Source: a virus
Reading direction: 5' to 3' (one strand)
IMG/VR virus record: IMGVR_UViG_3300031551_000001
Location: 1-64,000 of that record
DNA length: 64,000 nt
The notes under the pieces were generated by a model. That model had not been told where the DNA came from, made no database searches, and saw nothing but the letters and a program-made list of their open reading frames with translations. The position numbers and the translations under genes were made by a program. Positions 1 to 11,319 of this stretch are shown here, piece after piece (the stretch's first letter is position 1; each line of letters starts with the position of its first letter).

Positions 1-138
1 TTCAGTTTTTCATCTAAATATTGAAGTATTCCGGCCAGTTGATACTTTGTATATACATTTCCATCAAATATTACTTCATCGAATATGCTACGCCATTTAA
101 TCTTTGACATTTTCTTTTTCAGGCGATTATAATCCTTT

Positions 139-837
139 TCAGTTATCGTTATCATTATTTAAAAATTCATACAGTTTATTGATTTCTGTTTTAGTTATGG
201 TTTCTCCGCTGACAACCATTTGGGTTATTTCAAAATCTTTTAAATCTTTGATGAGTTTTAAAAGCCTTTTTAAGGAATAATCTTTACAGCCTATTTTTAC
301 TTGTGGACCATTTATTTCTACTTTATGCCCACAAATTCTTAAAGATTCATCTTTAATAATCTCTGCCCATTTACCGTTCAAATAAACCGTTCCCCCACAA
401 CCATCAGTTAATTGATCAACACCTATATAATATTTAAGTTTTTCCTTAATTTCAAACACAGGAGCCTCAGTATAGCAACCAATATATTTTACCCCAATTT
501 TGTACCCCCTCCTATCAGCTTCCTTAATAAGATAATCTTCAATTTCTTTTTCTGTAAGTTTTCTTGTTATGTCACGCAAATCACAATAATATTCACTATA
601 ATCTGTGTGAATCTCCTCATCACTAAGGTAATGAGTAGTTGAAGAGGCCACAATCTCCTTATCGCAAATTTTTTCTATTCTGAAAATAAACGATTTATGT
701 TTACCAATTTCATTTTCTCCACCCAACACCCAATCTCCGGGTTTATATCCAGAATCTTCATTTAGTTTTTCCTCAAGTTCGGTTATCCTTTTGTTGAACT
801 CTTCCTTCAGTTTGTTTATTTTTTCTTGTGTTTTCAT
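139..837 (-). CDS. hypothetical phage protein
   Basis: 232-aa ORF co-oriented with the leftward early cluster; no recognised motif. Confidence 0.7.
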   Translation of the reverse strand: MKTQEKINKLKEEFNKRITELEEKLNEDSGYKPGDWVLGGENEIGKHKSFIFRIEKICDKEIVASSTTHYLSDEEIHTDYSEYYCDLRDITRKLTEKEIEDYLIKEADRRGYKIGVKYIGCYTEAPVFEIKEKLKYYIGVDQLTDGCGGTVYLNGKWAEIIKDESLRICGHKVEINGPQVKIGCKDYSLKRLLKLIKDLKDFEITQMVVSGETITKTEINKLYEFLNNDNDN

Positions 838-1173
838 ATTGTTGTTAATTATTATTGCTTATCAAATAGGAAATGTCAGGGTTTTGATCTGTATATGACT
901 ATTTTGAAAATGATGTAGTATAAAAGAATCCAGGAAATAAACCATAATAATATTTCAACACCCTTCCAGGGTATAATTACAGAATACAACCACCCAAATC
1001 CATACAAACCACTTACAGCAATCAGCGCCATTACTATTTTAAATAGTAAATCTTTTGTTTTTTTAGTTAATTTTAATGTTTTCATTTTATTTTTCAATTT
1101 TAAATTAGTACTCAATATATCGAAATCGAATTATATCATTTCATATCGTATCATTTTATCCATTGTTGGCATA

Positions 1174-2106
1174 TTATAATTTATTTTTATTAAATCCATT
1201 AATTGAAGATGGGGCATCGGTTTTTATCGAAGGTTTAATATATCGTTTATTTATTATGTTTTTAATAGTATTAAGAGCTTCATTATAGTCATATTTTAGA
1301 ACATATACTGAAAGAATAAGTTCTTTTAAATGATCAATCGTGAAACCTTCGGTATCTTTTATCCATTTATTGATATTATCAATTTCCCCAACAAAATTTT
1401 CAATATAATATTTTCTAACTTCAGGAGACGGAGATGATATTTCATATCGCCTATCGAAACGAGAGGGTCTATTAGATATTCTTTCGCTTAATTTTTCCGG
1501 GTAATTAGTGGTAGCTATTGTTATAACATTACTCATTCTTGAATTTCCGTCAAGTATATTTACAAGCATTGTTTCAATTCTCTTTTCTAATATTAAACCG
1601 TCTATATCTTCGAATACAATAATTATTTTTCTTTTCTTTTCAATACTTTTTAATCTATATTGAATTAAATTAAAATATCTTAAAGTTTCTTCAGAATTTA
1701 TATTAATAATAATTCCTTGATATTTTTCGGTGATTTCATAAGAAACGAGTTCTATGATACTTGTTTTTCCATTACCGGGAGGACCATATAAAAGAACCCC
1801 CCTTTTGTACAAAAACTCATATTTATTATAAAGAAGTTCATTAGCCCAGAATGATTTTATGTCTTTTAAAATATAATCTATAACCGGGTCTGGTAATATT
1901 AAAAGTTTCTCATGTTCAATAATTACTTTTTCAAAACCCACCTTCCCGGTTGTTGGGTCATAATAAGGTATATAACTTCCAGAAGGAAGAAACATTACCG
2001 TTTTCCCTTGTGGGAGAAATTTATTTCCATCAACAGACCATTGTACATCTGATGAAGAATAACCATTCTCTTCTTTTTTACTCGTATTTTCAATTGATTT
2101 TGACAT
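1174..2106 (-). CDS. AAA+ ATPase (BCS1-like phage family)
   Basis: Walker A GPPGNGKT, Walker B IIVFEDID, sensor TTN, arginine-finger region RPSRFDRR. Confidence 0.9.
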   Translation of the reverse strand: MSKSIENTSKKEENGYSSSDVQWSVDGNKFLPQGKTVMFLPSGSYIPYYDPTTGKVGFEKVIIEHEKLLILPDPVIDYILKDIKSFWANELLYNKYEFLYKRGVLLYGPPGNGKTSIIELVSYEITEKYQGIIININSEETLRYFNLIQYRLKSIEKKRKIIIVFEDIDGLILEKRIETMLVNILDGNSRMSNVITIATTNYPEKLSERISNRPSRFDRRYEISSPSPEVRKYYIENFVGEIDNINKWIKDTEGFTIDHLKELILSVYVLKYDYNEALNTIKNIINKRYIKPSIKTDAPSSINGFNKNKL

Positions 2107-2661
2107 TATTTAAAGTTTATTTTTCTAAATACAAATTACCGGAAAAAGCAATTTCTATAAATTCTTCCCATCCGTATTTAGATGAGAATTGTGTGCGCCA
2201 TAGGCCATGAAGGAAAGAGAGGTTTCTCTTTGTCCACCAATCCTTTTTATGCTTATAATATCTTTCTTTCAGCATATTAACCCTCAACATCTTCTTTTGC
2301 TTGCGTTTAATGAATTCACTATCCTCATGACAGTTAAATTCCACCAACAACCTGAATATTGCCCACATAGCGATCATCCAGGATATTCCACAAAAAATAA
2401 ATAAGTAATTTGGTTGTGTCATAGAATTTAAAAGTTTGAAATTATTGTTTCTTTAATTTTATTGCATTTTTTGCATTTATAAATAATAATATACTTAGAA
2501 ATTCCGAAAGATGCTGGCATGCTTTCAGCCTTGCCCTTATTTTCCATAAATAATTCAAGTTGGCTTTTGAGGTAGTGGTCTTTTATTATTTCATAATCAT
2601 GTCTACAAAAAAAGTTCATAACGTTCGGTTTTAAATTATTGTTAATTTCAATTTAAAGCAT

Positions 2662-3012
2662 AGGACTTCTATAGGTGATATCAGAGTGGTGTCACATTCA
2701 ATAGATTAATAGTCTATTCAGTCTTCTTTGTCGTCCTTATAGGCGTAATAAGGTCTTTTCCTGTTTAACTTTCGCTATCACCTACCAGTCATCAAGTCCT
2801 CAGATGTTGCTGGATTTTCTTTGGAAAAGAAACAATTACAGACGTTTATACTCCGCTTTTGTTTTATCTTCGATAAATCAAGAAGTCTGGTGCAGATTAT
2901 AGAACCAGCTATGTTGGTAGATAAACAATCTAACAATGAAGCCAGGAAAGTAACCAACATAGACTGGTCTATTCTTTTATGTACTTTTTGAGTCATTATT
3001 AAATTATTTATC
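2662..3012 (-). ncRNA. candidate ~350-nt structured non-coding RNA
   Basis: Follows promoter TATATTTG (3018-3025). Several long stems, including 2662-2668/2794-2800, 2672-2680/2776-2784 and an imperfect ~20-bp stem 2899-2918/2953-2972. The overlapping 80-aa ORF looks spurious. Confidence 0.5.
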
Positions 3013-3070
3013 TGACGCAAATATACAAAAAGTTTTTTAACCTGTTTTCAAAGAACTATCTCAGTAGTTT

Positions 3071-3094
3071 AAATTACTTATATAAAGTAGTTAG
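3071..3094 (-). repeat. dispersed 24-bp gene-end site, copy A (CTAACTACTTTATATAAGTAATTT)
   Basis: Overlaps the stop codon of ORF 3091..3393; five further copies in the window. Confidence 0.8.
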
Positions 3095-3393
3095 TAGCTA
3101 GTAAAGAAAAGACTTTCTGGTACTTTAAATTCTTTTCTTTCATCAGTCATAGCGTTTATTACTATAAGCTTGCCTTTTATCTTCTTTACATAATCTTCAA
3201 TGGCTTGTTCTGGACTTTTGCCGGTTCCATAGTCTCCGATAAGCATAATGCCCTCTTTAAGCTCTGCATCTTCAATTTTTGCAATCCATCTACCTTTCTG
3301 GTTTGCATATCTTCGCAATTCTAAATTACTATCAATTGTGTCTAAAAAGGCAAACAGATTAATGCTATGTGTATTTGAAGTTTCGTTTTTCAT
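3091..3393 (-). CDS. hypothetical protein (cassette-like)
   Basis: 100-aa ORF ending in the dispersed site. Confidence 0.7.
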   Translation of the reverse strand: MKNETSNTHSINLFAFLDTIDSNLELRRYANQKGRWIAKIEDAELKEGIMLIGDYGTGKSPEQAIEDYVKKIKGKLIVINAMTDERKEFKVPESLFFTSY

Positions 3394-3435
3394 TTTCAGT
3401 AATTTTTAAATTAGTATATATGGTGTTAATAGACG

Positions 3436-3503
3436 CTCAGATGCACGATCTTTTTAAAGTTGATATAATATACCACTCAAAAATATCGTGTCTCTGAGGG
3501 CTC
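3436..3503. repeat. ATCGTG-family element with 20-bp imperfect inverted arms (candidate strong gyrase site)
   Basis: Arms 3436-3455 and 3479-3498 (3 mismatches); related to 10121-10166 and 11437-11482. Confidence 0.45.
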
Positions 3504-3506
3504 ATT

Positions 3507-3983
3507 TTAGTTATCGCTTGCAGTTATAGTGTTCATATCAGATAAATGTTTACCTTCCCATATTTGCCATCTATTGGTCATGCACAATTTTTTTAAATCT
3601 GATCTTACTTTTTGTTTATATTTTAAAAGCTCACGGGCAATTACATATTGTTCTCTGGCTTTATTATACTCATGAACATCATAAACACTAGCGTTATTAA
3701 AATTACACCATTTATTGGTCATGTTTATTTTTAGTTTACCTACATCATCCATCAATTGTTTTATTTCATGTTTTAATAGTTTCTTATAAGCTATTAAATC
3801 TCTTCTAACTTTTAACCACTTGTTTACACCTCTGGCAAGCATGGAAATTCTTACAATATTAATTTGTTCTTCCGTAAACCCCTCATTTTTAAGGTCATTA
3901 ATAATAAGTTCAGGATGATTTTGCTTATAGTTCCAAATATTAATTGGTGTGACTTTAAAAATATTTTCATTTTTCATCTTCAA
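3507..3983 (-). CDS. hypothetical protein
   Basis: 158-aa ORF, helical/coiled-coil character. Confidence 0.65.
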   Translation of the reverse strand: MKMKNENIFKVTPINIWNYKQNHPELIINDLKNEGFTEEQINIVRISMLARGVNKWLKVRRDLIAYKKLLKHEIKQLMDDVGKLKINMTNKWCNFNNASVYDVHEYNKAREQYVIARELLKYKQKVRSDLKKLCMTNRWQIWEGKHLSDMNTITASDN

Positions 3984-4038
3984 TCATTTTTAGTTTAATA
4001 AGCGAGTGCCCATAAAACAGAGCACTCACCAATATTGT

Positions 4039-4275
4039 TTATTGGGTTCTCCATATTCTTACCCCGTCATTTGTTGTGCGACAAGTAAAAACATGCCCGT
4101 TAGCATTTTGTTTAGCCCACCTGCTTGCGGCGTTACCTACCCTTGCCAATACTTGCTTTGTAGGTTCACCGGCAATGAAAGAATCTCCCACCTTCATTTC
4201 TCCAAAAGGATATTTTGACATATACCTTTCGAACTTTGAAGGAATTTTTACTCCTTTTTCAATTTTGAATTCCAT
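4039..4275 (-). CDS. small conserved phage protein (IEKGVKIP...KYPFxxMxVGDSF family)
   Basis: Recognisable motifs; start moved to MEFKIEK. Confidence 0.75.
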   Translation of the reverse strand: MEFKIEKGVKIPSKFERYMSKYPFGEMKVGDSFIAGEPTKQVLARVGNAASRWAKQNANGHVFTCRTTNDGVRIWRTQ

Positions 4276-5192
4276 TTTAATCGTTTTTAAGTTAATAATA
4301 GTATCATATTTGATATTTGTACTTTTCATGTAATTTTAAAATCTTATCAATAAGGGAGGGGAATTGATCCATTTCTATACCAGAGTAGAATGGGTCGCTA
4401 ATTGGTTGATCGTATTCGAATAAAAGAGCTATGAGTTCATCCTTTAGGCTTGCTGGTTTTTCAGGTTCCGTAGTCTCGATTCGTGCGCCTATATATTCAG
4501 CAGCCTTCATAATCGAGTTTGTTAATCTGTTAAGATCTTCTTTTGTTGTCATTTAATTTAAATTTACAGAACAAAGTAAAGAAACATTTTGAGTTTCCAC
4601 AAATATTTGAGCATTCGTATTAAAAACATGACATTTCACTCCTGTCGGCAAGAACCACACTTCACCCTCGGACACAATATCAAAAGATTTTGTTTTCATT
4701 TGTTAAATTTTATCGTATACTTTCACTTTGAAATTTCCTATTTTACGAATATTGGTTTCTTTAAGACCGTATTTCCGGCAAGTGGAAATGATGGCTTTCT
4801 CTGTTGAGTTGTTGCGTCTTATTTCTTTAATGCAACGATATACTTTTGCTGTGTGGGGTTTTAGGGACATTCTTTAAATGATTTAATTGTTGATCCGATT
4901 CTCACTTGGCGAAACCAGTATTTCCCCTCCAGTTACGGGAGAATAGTATTTCCCATTAATTTTTAAGGCTACCTTGTAGCCCGTGAATTCTTTTAAATTA
5001 CAAGTTCCTGTTATTGTACACATGATTATAAATTTATTATTTCAAATGAATGATAGTTTTTAATATAATTATGCCTATCAAAAGATGAATGTGTCACATG
5101 AAGTACAAGATCTCTGATGTTCCCGTCAAATTTTTCTGATGGGCTGAGTACCATTTTAGTATTCTTATCCGAATCAAGGTATATTATTATTT

Positions 5193-5705
5193 TCATTTTA
5201 ATAATGTTAGTCCGTAATCAAAGATTTTTATTAGTAATTTTTGTTTTTCAACATGATTAGCAACAGCAGCAGCAGCATAAGTAGCGGCAGTATAAGGAGC
5301 AGCCTCGGCAGCACAAGCAGAATAAGCAGCAGCAGTATTAGAGTAAGTAATATAAGTAATATAAGCAGCATCATTAGCGGCAGCAATAATGTTGTTATTT
5401 TTTTGAGAACCATATTTTAAGCATTTCTCAGCTGCTTCAATTGCTTTTCTTGGTCGCAAATCATCAGGATATTTTTTCTCATAAATAGATAAAACCTGTT
5501 TTGCCGCAAAAACAGCATATCTTATTTTATCTTTATGAGTCATTAATCTCACAATTAACCAATTCCCCCAATCCAAATGTTCTTTGGTTTTAATAAAATG
5601 ATTGATAATATCAATTGGGTTTTTCAGGGGTTGATTTTTGAACCATTGGATCGCTTCCTCACAAGCTCTTTGTTTTTTAAGCCAATTTACTGTTAATGTT
5701 TTCAT
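5193..5705 (-). CDS. Imm5-like domain protein with Ala-rich tract
   Basis: FAAKQVLSIYE..YPDDLRPRKAIEAA motif followed by Ala/Tyr repeats. Confidence 0.7.
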   Translation of the reverse strand: MKTLTVNWLKKQRACEEAIQWFKNQPLKNPIDIINHFIKTKEHLDWGNWLIVRLMTHKDKIRYAVFAAKQVLSIYEKKYPDDLRPRKAIEAAEKCLKYGSQKNNNIIAAANDAAYITYITYSNTAAAYSACAAEAAPYTAATYAAAAVANHVEKQKLLIKIFDYGLTLLK

Positions 5706-6014
5706 TATATTAAAATTAAGAATTAAACAATATTATAAAATGTTTTTGTAATAAACAAATATTAGTTAACTTTTTTTGACCTGACATTCCTATTTGTTGG
5801 CCTCATCTCCTTATATCCTGCATAGAGAACAATAAATATAAGTATTAGAGTGAATAGTATCATTTTATACAAAATTTGTGTTTAAACCTTTATAAGATCT
5901 TTTAAGGACCAGGTTAATTTCCTGTTTGCTTAACAAAAGGGAGAGGTCAGTTTTCTCGCAGATGTATAATTGTCCGTGTTTTTCTATAGTGTACGTCATG
6001 GCGTTATTATAGAT

Positions 6015-9000
6015 TTATTCTGTGGCTTTTTTGATTGTTTCTTTAGCTTCTCTTATCATTGAGCTTTCATATTCTAATTTCAGATTGTCAGCAAATTTGA
6101 TAAATCTTTGTAATGCCCTTAACAATTCATTCCTTTGTTCCAGTAATTGGCGGGGAGTTAGATTAGTTTGATTAAATATTGCAATAGATTCAGTTTCAAT
6201 ATTTTCAATCCCACTATCTTTAAAAGTTGTTTCTTCCCATTTTTGCGGATAGAATTTACCGGAAAGTTTATCAAATCTTGTTTCTTCTATTCCGTGTAAT
6301 GGACATTTCATTGTTTCGTATTGGTGGATTCCTTTACTTGCACCACAATAAAAACATACATCTGTTTCGATTTGTGTTTTCATATTCCATATTTTAAGGT
6401 TATCATTATTCTAACAGAGAAATAAATCAATGCAGCTATACAAATAGCCGCGCATAGATAGTCATATTTAGTCCAGATTTTCATTATATTTTTATAAATT
6501 TACATGAAATTAAATCATAATAAGGAATAGAAATCTCAGAATTCGGTATGTTTTCCCCTTGCCAATAGTAACCATCTGTTTTTTTTATAAGGTTTGTTTT
6601 GTGGTTGGTTTTAGAAGAAAAAACAAAACATAAAATGTTTCCAAATCTTCGTTCTGAATATTTATATATTCTATGAACTGATTTTTTAGAATTAATATGT
6701 TTCACAAAGTAATGTGAACCAGTTTGTAAAACTGTTCCATCATTTAATACGTGGTTATTCATAATATTAAAGTTTTAGTTAATAATGTATTGTGCCAGCA
6801 AACAGAAACGATCTGTTACCCCTTATTATTTTGGGGTTGCCTTCATGCTGGCTGAAGATTACCGATATTTATCCCAATTATGTTCTTCTCTCCATTCTTT
6901 TTTATCTAAATCAATAACATAGAGATGTTCAATATCTCCATGTAACCCTGTAGTTGGTTCATAAGCACCACATTTCCAGTCTTTAGGAGATTCTATTGTG
7001 TCTGTGTCTTTCAGGTAACCTTGATCGGTCGCATACTTAGGTATTGTATCATACTCCATAGTGCCTAAAAGAATTAACCAACCGGAAGATTGAGGGATAT
7101 TATTACGAATAATATCCTTCTTAAGCCAACTCACAAATAAATCAAGGGTTGGTTTTACCCCTTCGGGGTATCCATCAGAATGGCGATAAAAATAAAGTTT
7201 TTTTGGTATAGCAAATTCCTTTGATTCGATAATAATATTAGCTCTTGTACTCATAGCATTATAATTTAAGTTAATAATTTACCAACCAATAGGTATAAAA
7301 ATACATAAGATCGTAGTAATCGCAATAGCAAGCGTAAAGACGATAGCTGCTAAAATGTTAGTTTGTTTTTGTAAGGGTGTTTTCATAATAAATCAAATTA
7401 ATGTTTTTAAATATTCAACAACTTTCTCATGTAAAATAACCAGTCTAACACAAGACCTATTATGAATATTATGGCCAGCATAAACATGAAATGATTTTTC
7501 AATAATCATTTTATTTAAAACTTTGTACAAATCAAACGGATTACTGGCTTTTAATTTATTTACAATTTCTTTATATTGACATTTAAAATCGTAATAATAA
7601 GGAGACATATTTTTATTTTTATCACTCATTATCGTTGATGAGTTTATAATAAAACAATTAGGGTGCATACTAATTCGTTTAATTTTCGAATTATCAGGGA
7701 GTTTTCTTATTTTACTATTAATTTTTCTTTTAATAGTTAATAACTCCCATTGTAAATAAAGTATACGATTTTCTACTTGCATGATTTAAAATTTAATAGA
7801 AGTTAATTGTTTCACATTTAATTCTTGCATTGGTGTTCCACATTCCGGGAACCCTTCTTTACATTTATTGAATTTTTCACCACTACCACAAGCACAAAGA
7901 TCAATTCCCCAATTATTAACACAATAATTGCAGTTATCCCAATTATTTTCTTCAGGAACTTTCATGGTAGGGAAATATTTTTTAAATAATTTAACAGGCA
8001 TAGAGTTTTGGACTTCCTCTCCTTTTTCATTTTGATAAAATATAGTAATTGCCCCGCAACTACATTTAAAAATATTAATTTGTGTTTTCATTGTATTGTA
8101 GAATTACATCATTTTTGATACACATCCTTGATAAGTATAATTAGTATGTAATGCTTCGTTTTCTTCTACTTCGAAAACAGCAACATTATTAGTGTCTTCC
8201 TGAAAATGTTTGTAGTACCATGCCTGTTCTGCATTGTCTGCTTGCATATCAATGCCTTCAGGGTCAAAGTTTGTAGCTTTCCACATACGGATAAATTCGT
8301 CTTTGACCTCTTCCAGATTTTCACTTGCAAAAACTTCTTTAGCTATTTGCTGTCCATTTTTGTAAGTTCCAATTTTGTAAATTGTTTGTGGTTTCATAAT
8401 AATATAGTGTTAATATGTGTTTATCCTTCTGTTAAATATTTAATAATTAATTTTTCTGCTATATCCATAGTAACGTTAATATCTTCAGGAGAATATAATA
8501 GCTTATCAAAGAATATTAAATCATTCTCAATTCCCCATTGTAAAAATTTTTCAATTATAAATCCTTCTGGTTCATGTTTTTGAATACATTCAATAATAAA
8601 TGAATTATGCATACATGACACTTTTGACATTTCTTTATATGTTTCCAGCGCGTGCTCTCTTAATTCTTTTAATTTTGTTGTTTTCATTTTATGCGAATAT
8701 AATTTTAATAATTCCAATATTCAATATAAGCTGTTTTGTTGTAATTAATTAAGCCTTTTGCATGCTTTTCATGTTGTACATTCCATAGATATTTAAAAGG
8801 AATATTCAGAGATTCACAAACTCCATAAATAGCATTTTCCGCCCCTCTATGATAATCTTTATTAGAATGTTCCAGCCTCACATAATAAGCCAACCAACTT
8901 AAAGCAATAAACTGCTCATTTGTTAGTGTGTTTTTATAGTCAATTTCCTTTTTCATAATATTAGATTTTAATTATTTGTTATTTTTTTTTTAACTCACCT

Positions 9001-9387
9001 GCTCTTTTATATAATTGACTGGAAATTATAGACAATTCATTTTTAATTTTATAAGACTCTGTACAATCACTTCCAATCAATTCGTTAATTACCGTGCTGG
9101 CAATTTGTAATGCCTCTATTTTAGCTTGTCTTTTATTCATGATTTTTATAAATAGTCCCGTGTTTGACAAAATGTTCAGAAAATGAATTAATCATTTTAG
9201 TTTTTAATTCTTTTAATGTAGGTGCAAATATTTTCTTTTTTTTATCGAATTGTTCACAAACACACACCCATTTATTATTTGTTGATTTGACAACCGACAT
9301 TAAATGAGGAGCCCAAAATTCATTATCATCATTTACAAATGTTGGCGTATAAACATTTAAGTAAATATGTTCTAATTTTATTTTCAT
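6015..9387 (-). other. cluster of small early hypothetical ORFs (6015-6383, 6484-6762, 6859-7254, 7393-7782, 7786-8091, 8104-8397, 8421-8717, 8705-8956, 8979-9170, 9133-9387)
   Basis: Tightly packed co-oriented 60-130 aa ORFs with A-rich leaders; 6859-7254 carries the common phage MSTR..YxHxDGYP motif. Confidence 0.7.
6794..6852 (-). ncRNA. intergenic tRNA-mimic-like three-way structure
   Basis: 7-bp stem GCCAGCA/TGCTGGC stacked on a 5-bp stem with 7-nt loop (AACAG-ATCGTTT-CTGTT), plus an ACCCC/GGGGT arm. Confidence 0.45.
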
Positions 9388-9426
9388 TGTATTAGATTTT
9401 AGTAAAACATTCCTTTTTCTACTGCC

Positions 9427-9491
9427 AAAACCCCTAAACCTGGGGGAGTAGGGGCAACCCTGCCATTACTTACGACAGGATGAAGGCAGGG
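9427..9491 (-). terminator. anti-leader hairpin (9458-9491) followed by intrinsic terminator-like hairpin (9427-9454)
   Basis: CCCTGCC/GGCAGGG stem with 20-nt loop, then CCCCTA/TAGGGG stem followed by TTTT. Confidence 0.6.
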
Positions 9492-9493
9492 AT

Positions 9494-9709
9494 TTATGTT
9501 AATATTTCAATATCTTTCAAGGTTTCAACAACATACTTAAGATTTTTTGTAAAATTTCTCTTCTTAAGCCATTCCCATAATGCGTCATGTTCAAAATCAG
9601 CAATAAACCGCCATAATTGAATAAATTTTGTTTGATTTGTTTGGTTATCTAAAGCACAGGATAATACGTGTTTAAATTCCATGTTTCTAAGTGATTTATA
9701 AGTTTTCAT
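9494..9709 (-). CDS. hypothetical early protein (71 aa)
   Basis: Start moved to MKTYKSL, downstream of the hammerhead. Confidence 0.7.
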   Translation of the reverse strand: MKTYKSLRNMEFKHVLSCALDNQTNQTKFIQLWRFIADFEHDALWEWLKKRNFTKNLKYVVETLKDIEILT

Positions 9710-9727
9710 TGTCGTAAGCGTTAGTTT

Positions 9728-9777
9728 GACATAGACCCCTTCCGGGGTTTCGACCATTCAGGCCTCGTCAGTATGCC
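9728..9777 (-). ncRNA. type I hammerhead ribozyme
   Basis: Minus strand GGCATA-CTGACGA-GGCC-TGAAT-GGTC-GAAA-CCCC-GGAA-GGGG-TC-TATGTC: complete CUGAnGA/GAAA/GUC core with stems I-III; predicted cut between 9734 and 9733. Confidence 0.92.
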
Positions 9778-9782
9778 TGCAA

Positions 9783-9971
9783 TTATTTTAATTCAACATA
9801 TAACCAAAATCCACCAAAGAAGACCATAGTTAAAGTAATACCATAAAATATAGGTAATATAATTTCAGAAGGGATGAAGGTTAAGGCAGGAGCTATTAAT
9901 ATCATTAATATAAATAATATTCCGCTTATAGCCCCCAGATATCCTGTTAATTTAATTAATTTTGCTTTCAT
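9783..9971 (-). CDS. small two-helix membrane protein
   Basis: 62 aa, two hydrophobic segments; first gene after the promoter at 10008-10015. Confidence 0.75.
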   Translation of the reverse strand: MKAKLIKLTGYLGAISGILFILMILIAPALTFIPSEIILPIFYGITLTMVFFGGFWLYVELK

Positions 9972-10007
9972 TTGTCGTAAGTATTAAGTGAGTAATGAAT
10001 CAATAAT

Positions 10008-10015
10008 CAAATATA
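10008..10015 (-). promoter_or_regulatory. Bacteroidota primary-sigma -7 box TATATTTG
   Basis: Matches TAnnTTTG. Same box on the minus strand at 3018, 10692, 14216, 14603, 15784, 17359, 34148 and on the plus strand at 34306, 36282, 41705, 44703, 47976, 51738, each upstream of a gene or structured region. Confidence 0.8.
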
Positions 10016-10120
10016 CAACAATGAACCCCCAAAAGTCAAGTAAAAAGTGAATTATTTTGAGATCGTTCGTTAGAATGGCTAAAAATGGCCTTTATGTGCA
10101 TTTTGGGTGTTTTTGGGCTG

Positions 10121-10166
10121 AGTGAGGGTTTTGTATTACTCGGTACGAGATCGTGCAACAGAGGGC
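10121..10166. repeat. ATCGTG-family element (candidate strong gyrase site)
   Basis: Ungapped alignment with 11437-11482, about 29/46 identical including GAGATCGTGC. Confidence 0.45.
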
Positions 10167-10356
10167 TTTAAAATGAGCTTATTTTGATATATTCACCTTC
10201 ATAATGAGTAAGTGAGCCTAAATTTCACATTTTAGATATAATAAGAAAAGCCAGATAATTAGTCTGGCTTTAATGTTCTTCGTAATCCTCTTTCTTTTGA
10301 GTATACGCCGTAGATTTAGTTTTCCGGATCTCGGCTTTGTAGTTCATATCAGCGGT

Positions 10357-10596
10357 TTATAATTTTGCGAATTCTTTTTGCATTTCATAAAGTTCGGCGG
10401 TCATTTGATCTAATATTTCAGTTTTTATATCTTCATCATTTTTCAGATGAATATATGAATGTATTCCGGGATTTGTGTTGTCGTTAATCCCAAAGGTAAT
10501 ATGATAATTATCAGATTTCAATAAATTAATTTTCTGTGAAAGTTCTTTTATTGAATCTGAAAGACTAAGAGCTTTTGATAAATCTTTTTCAGTCAT
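10357..10596 (-). CDS. hypothetical protein
   Basis: 79-aa ORF downstream of promoter 10692-10699. Confidence 0.65.
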   Translation of the reverse strand: MTEKDLSKALSLSDSIKELSQKINLLKSDNYHITFGINDNTNPGIHSYIHLKNDEDIKTEILDQMTAELYEMQKEFAKL

Positions 10597-11319
10597 TGTT
10601 TTAATTTTAAGTTAAAATTATATCTATCTTATTTGATTTGTAAAAAGTATTGACGAACTAATCGAATTCATTATACTTTCAAAGAACATAACAAATATAA
10701 AACAAATATTTTAAACTACAAAATAATTAATATATTTTTTGTCCAGTTTTTACTGGTAAAAACAAGACATTCTATAAGAGTGTGTTTGCTACGAGTAAAA
10801 TTATCTAAGCGGACAAGTTATACTGACAGCAAACCAAGGAAAAAAGAACTCTAAAACATTCATTCTATAACTTACATTATAACAATGACTTACAACAGTA
10901 AAATCTTGACATCTCATTCTTGACGTGTACTACTAATACTATAACAAACACAACAATAATATATAAAGTTTTGAAGTGTAAAGTTGTGGTAAACCCCCGA
11001 AGGGGGTTGAATAGTGAGGATTAAAGAACCAGGAAAGGAGTGAAGGTGAAGTAAGGAGGAGTATGAAAAGAGTGGGTTGGGGAATGAGGGGAGGAAATGA
11101 ATAAAGAAAAGGTGGGGAATAAATAAGGGGTTTGGGGTGCTGATTTATGCAAATAATTTACTGTTCGTATTTTTACGAACAACTCCTTGCTTTTTACTTT
11201 TATTCTCCTTATATTTACCGAAACAAGCCAAGGTTTATACACGCAGAACAACCTAACGGTATACATCTTAACATATATAGATAACTCCATACTCTTATCC
11301 TGCTTGCGTTACAGAAGTT

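Noticed and set aside
1100-1172. ATGCCAAC-AATGGATAAAA after the AAA+ gene as another attC site
   Set aside because: Only a left-half resemblance; no matching right arm or GTT box found
5260-5390. GCAGCA/TAAGTAA repeats as a CRISPR array or DGR variable region
   Set aside because: Low-complexity Ala/Tyr codons within the Imm5-like ORF; no regular repeat-spacer period and no reverse transcriptase in the window
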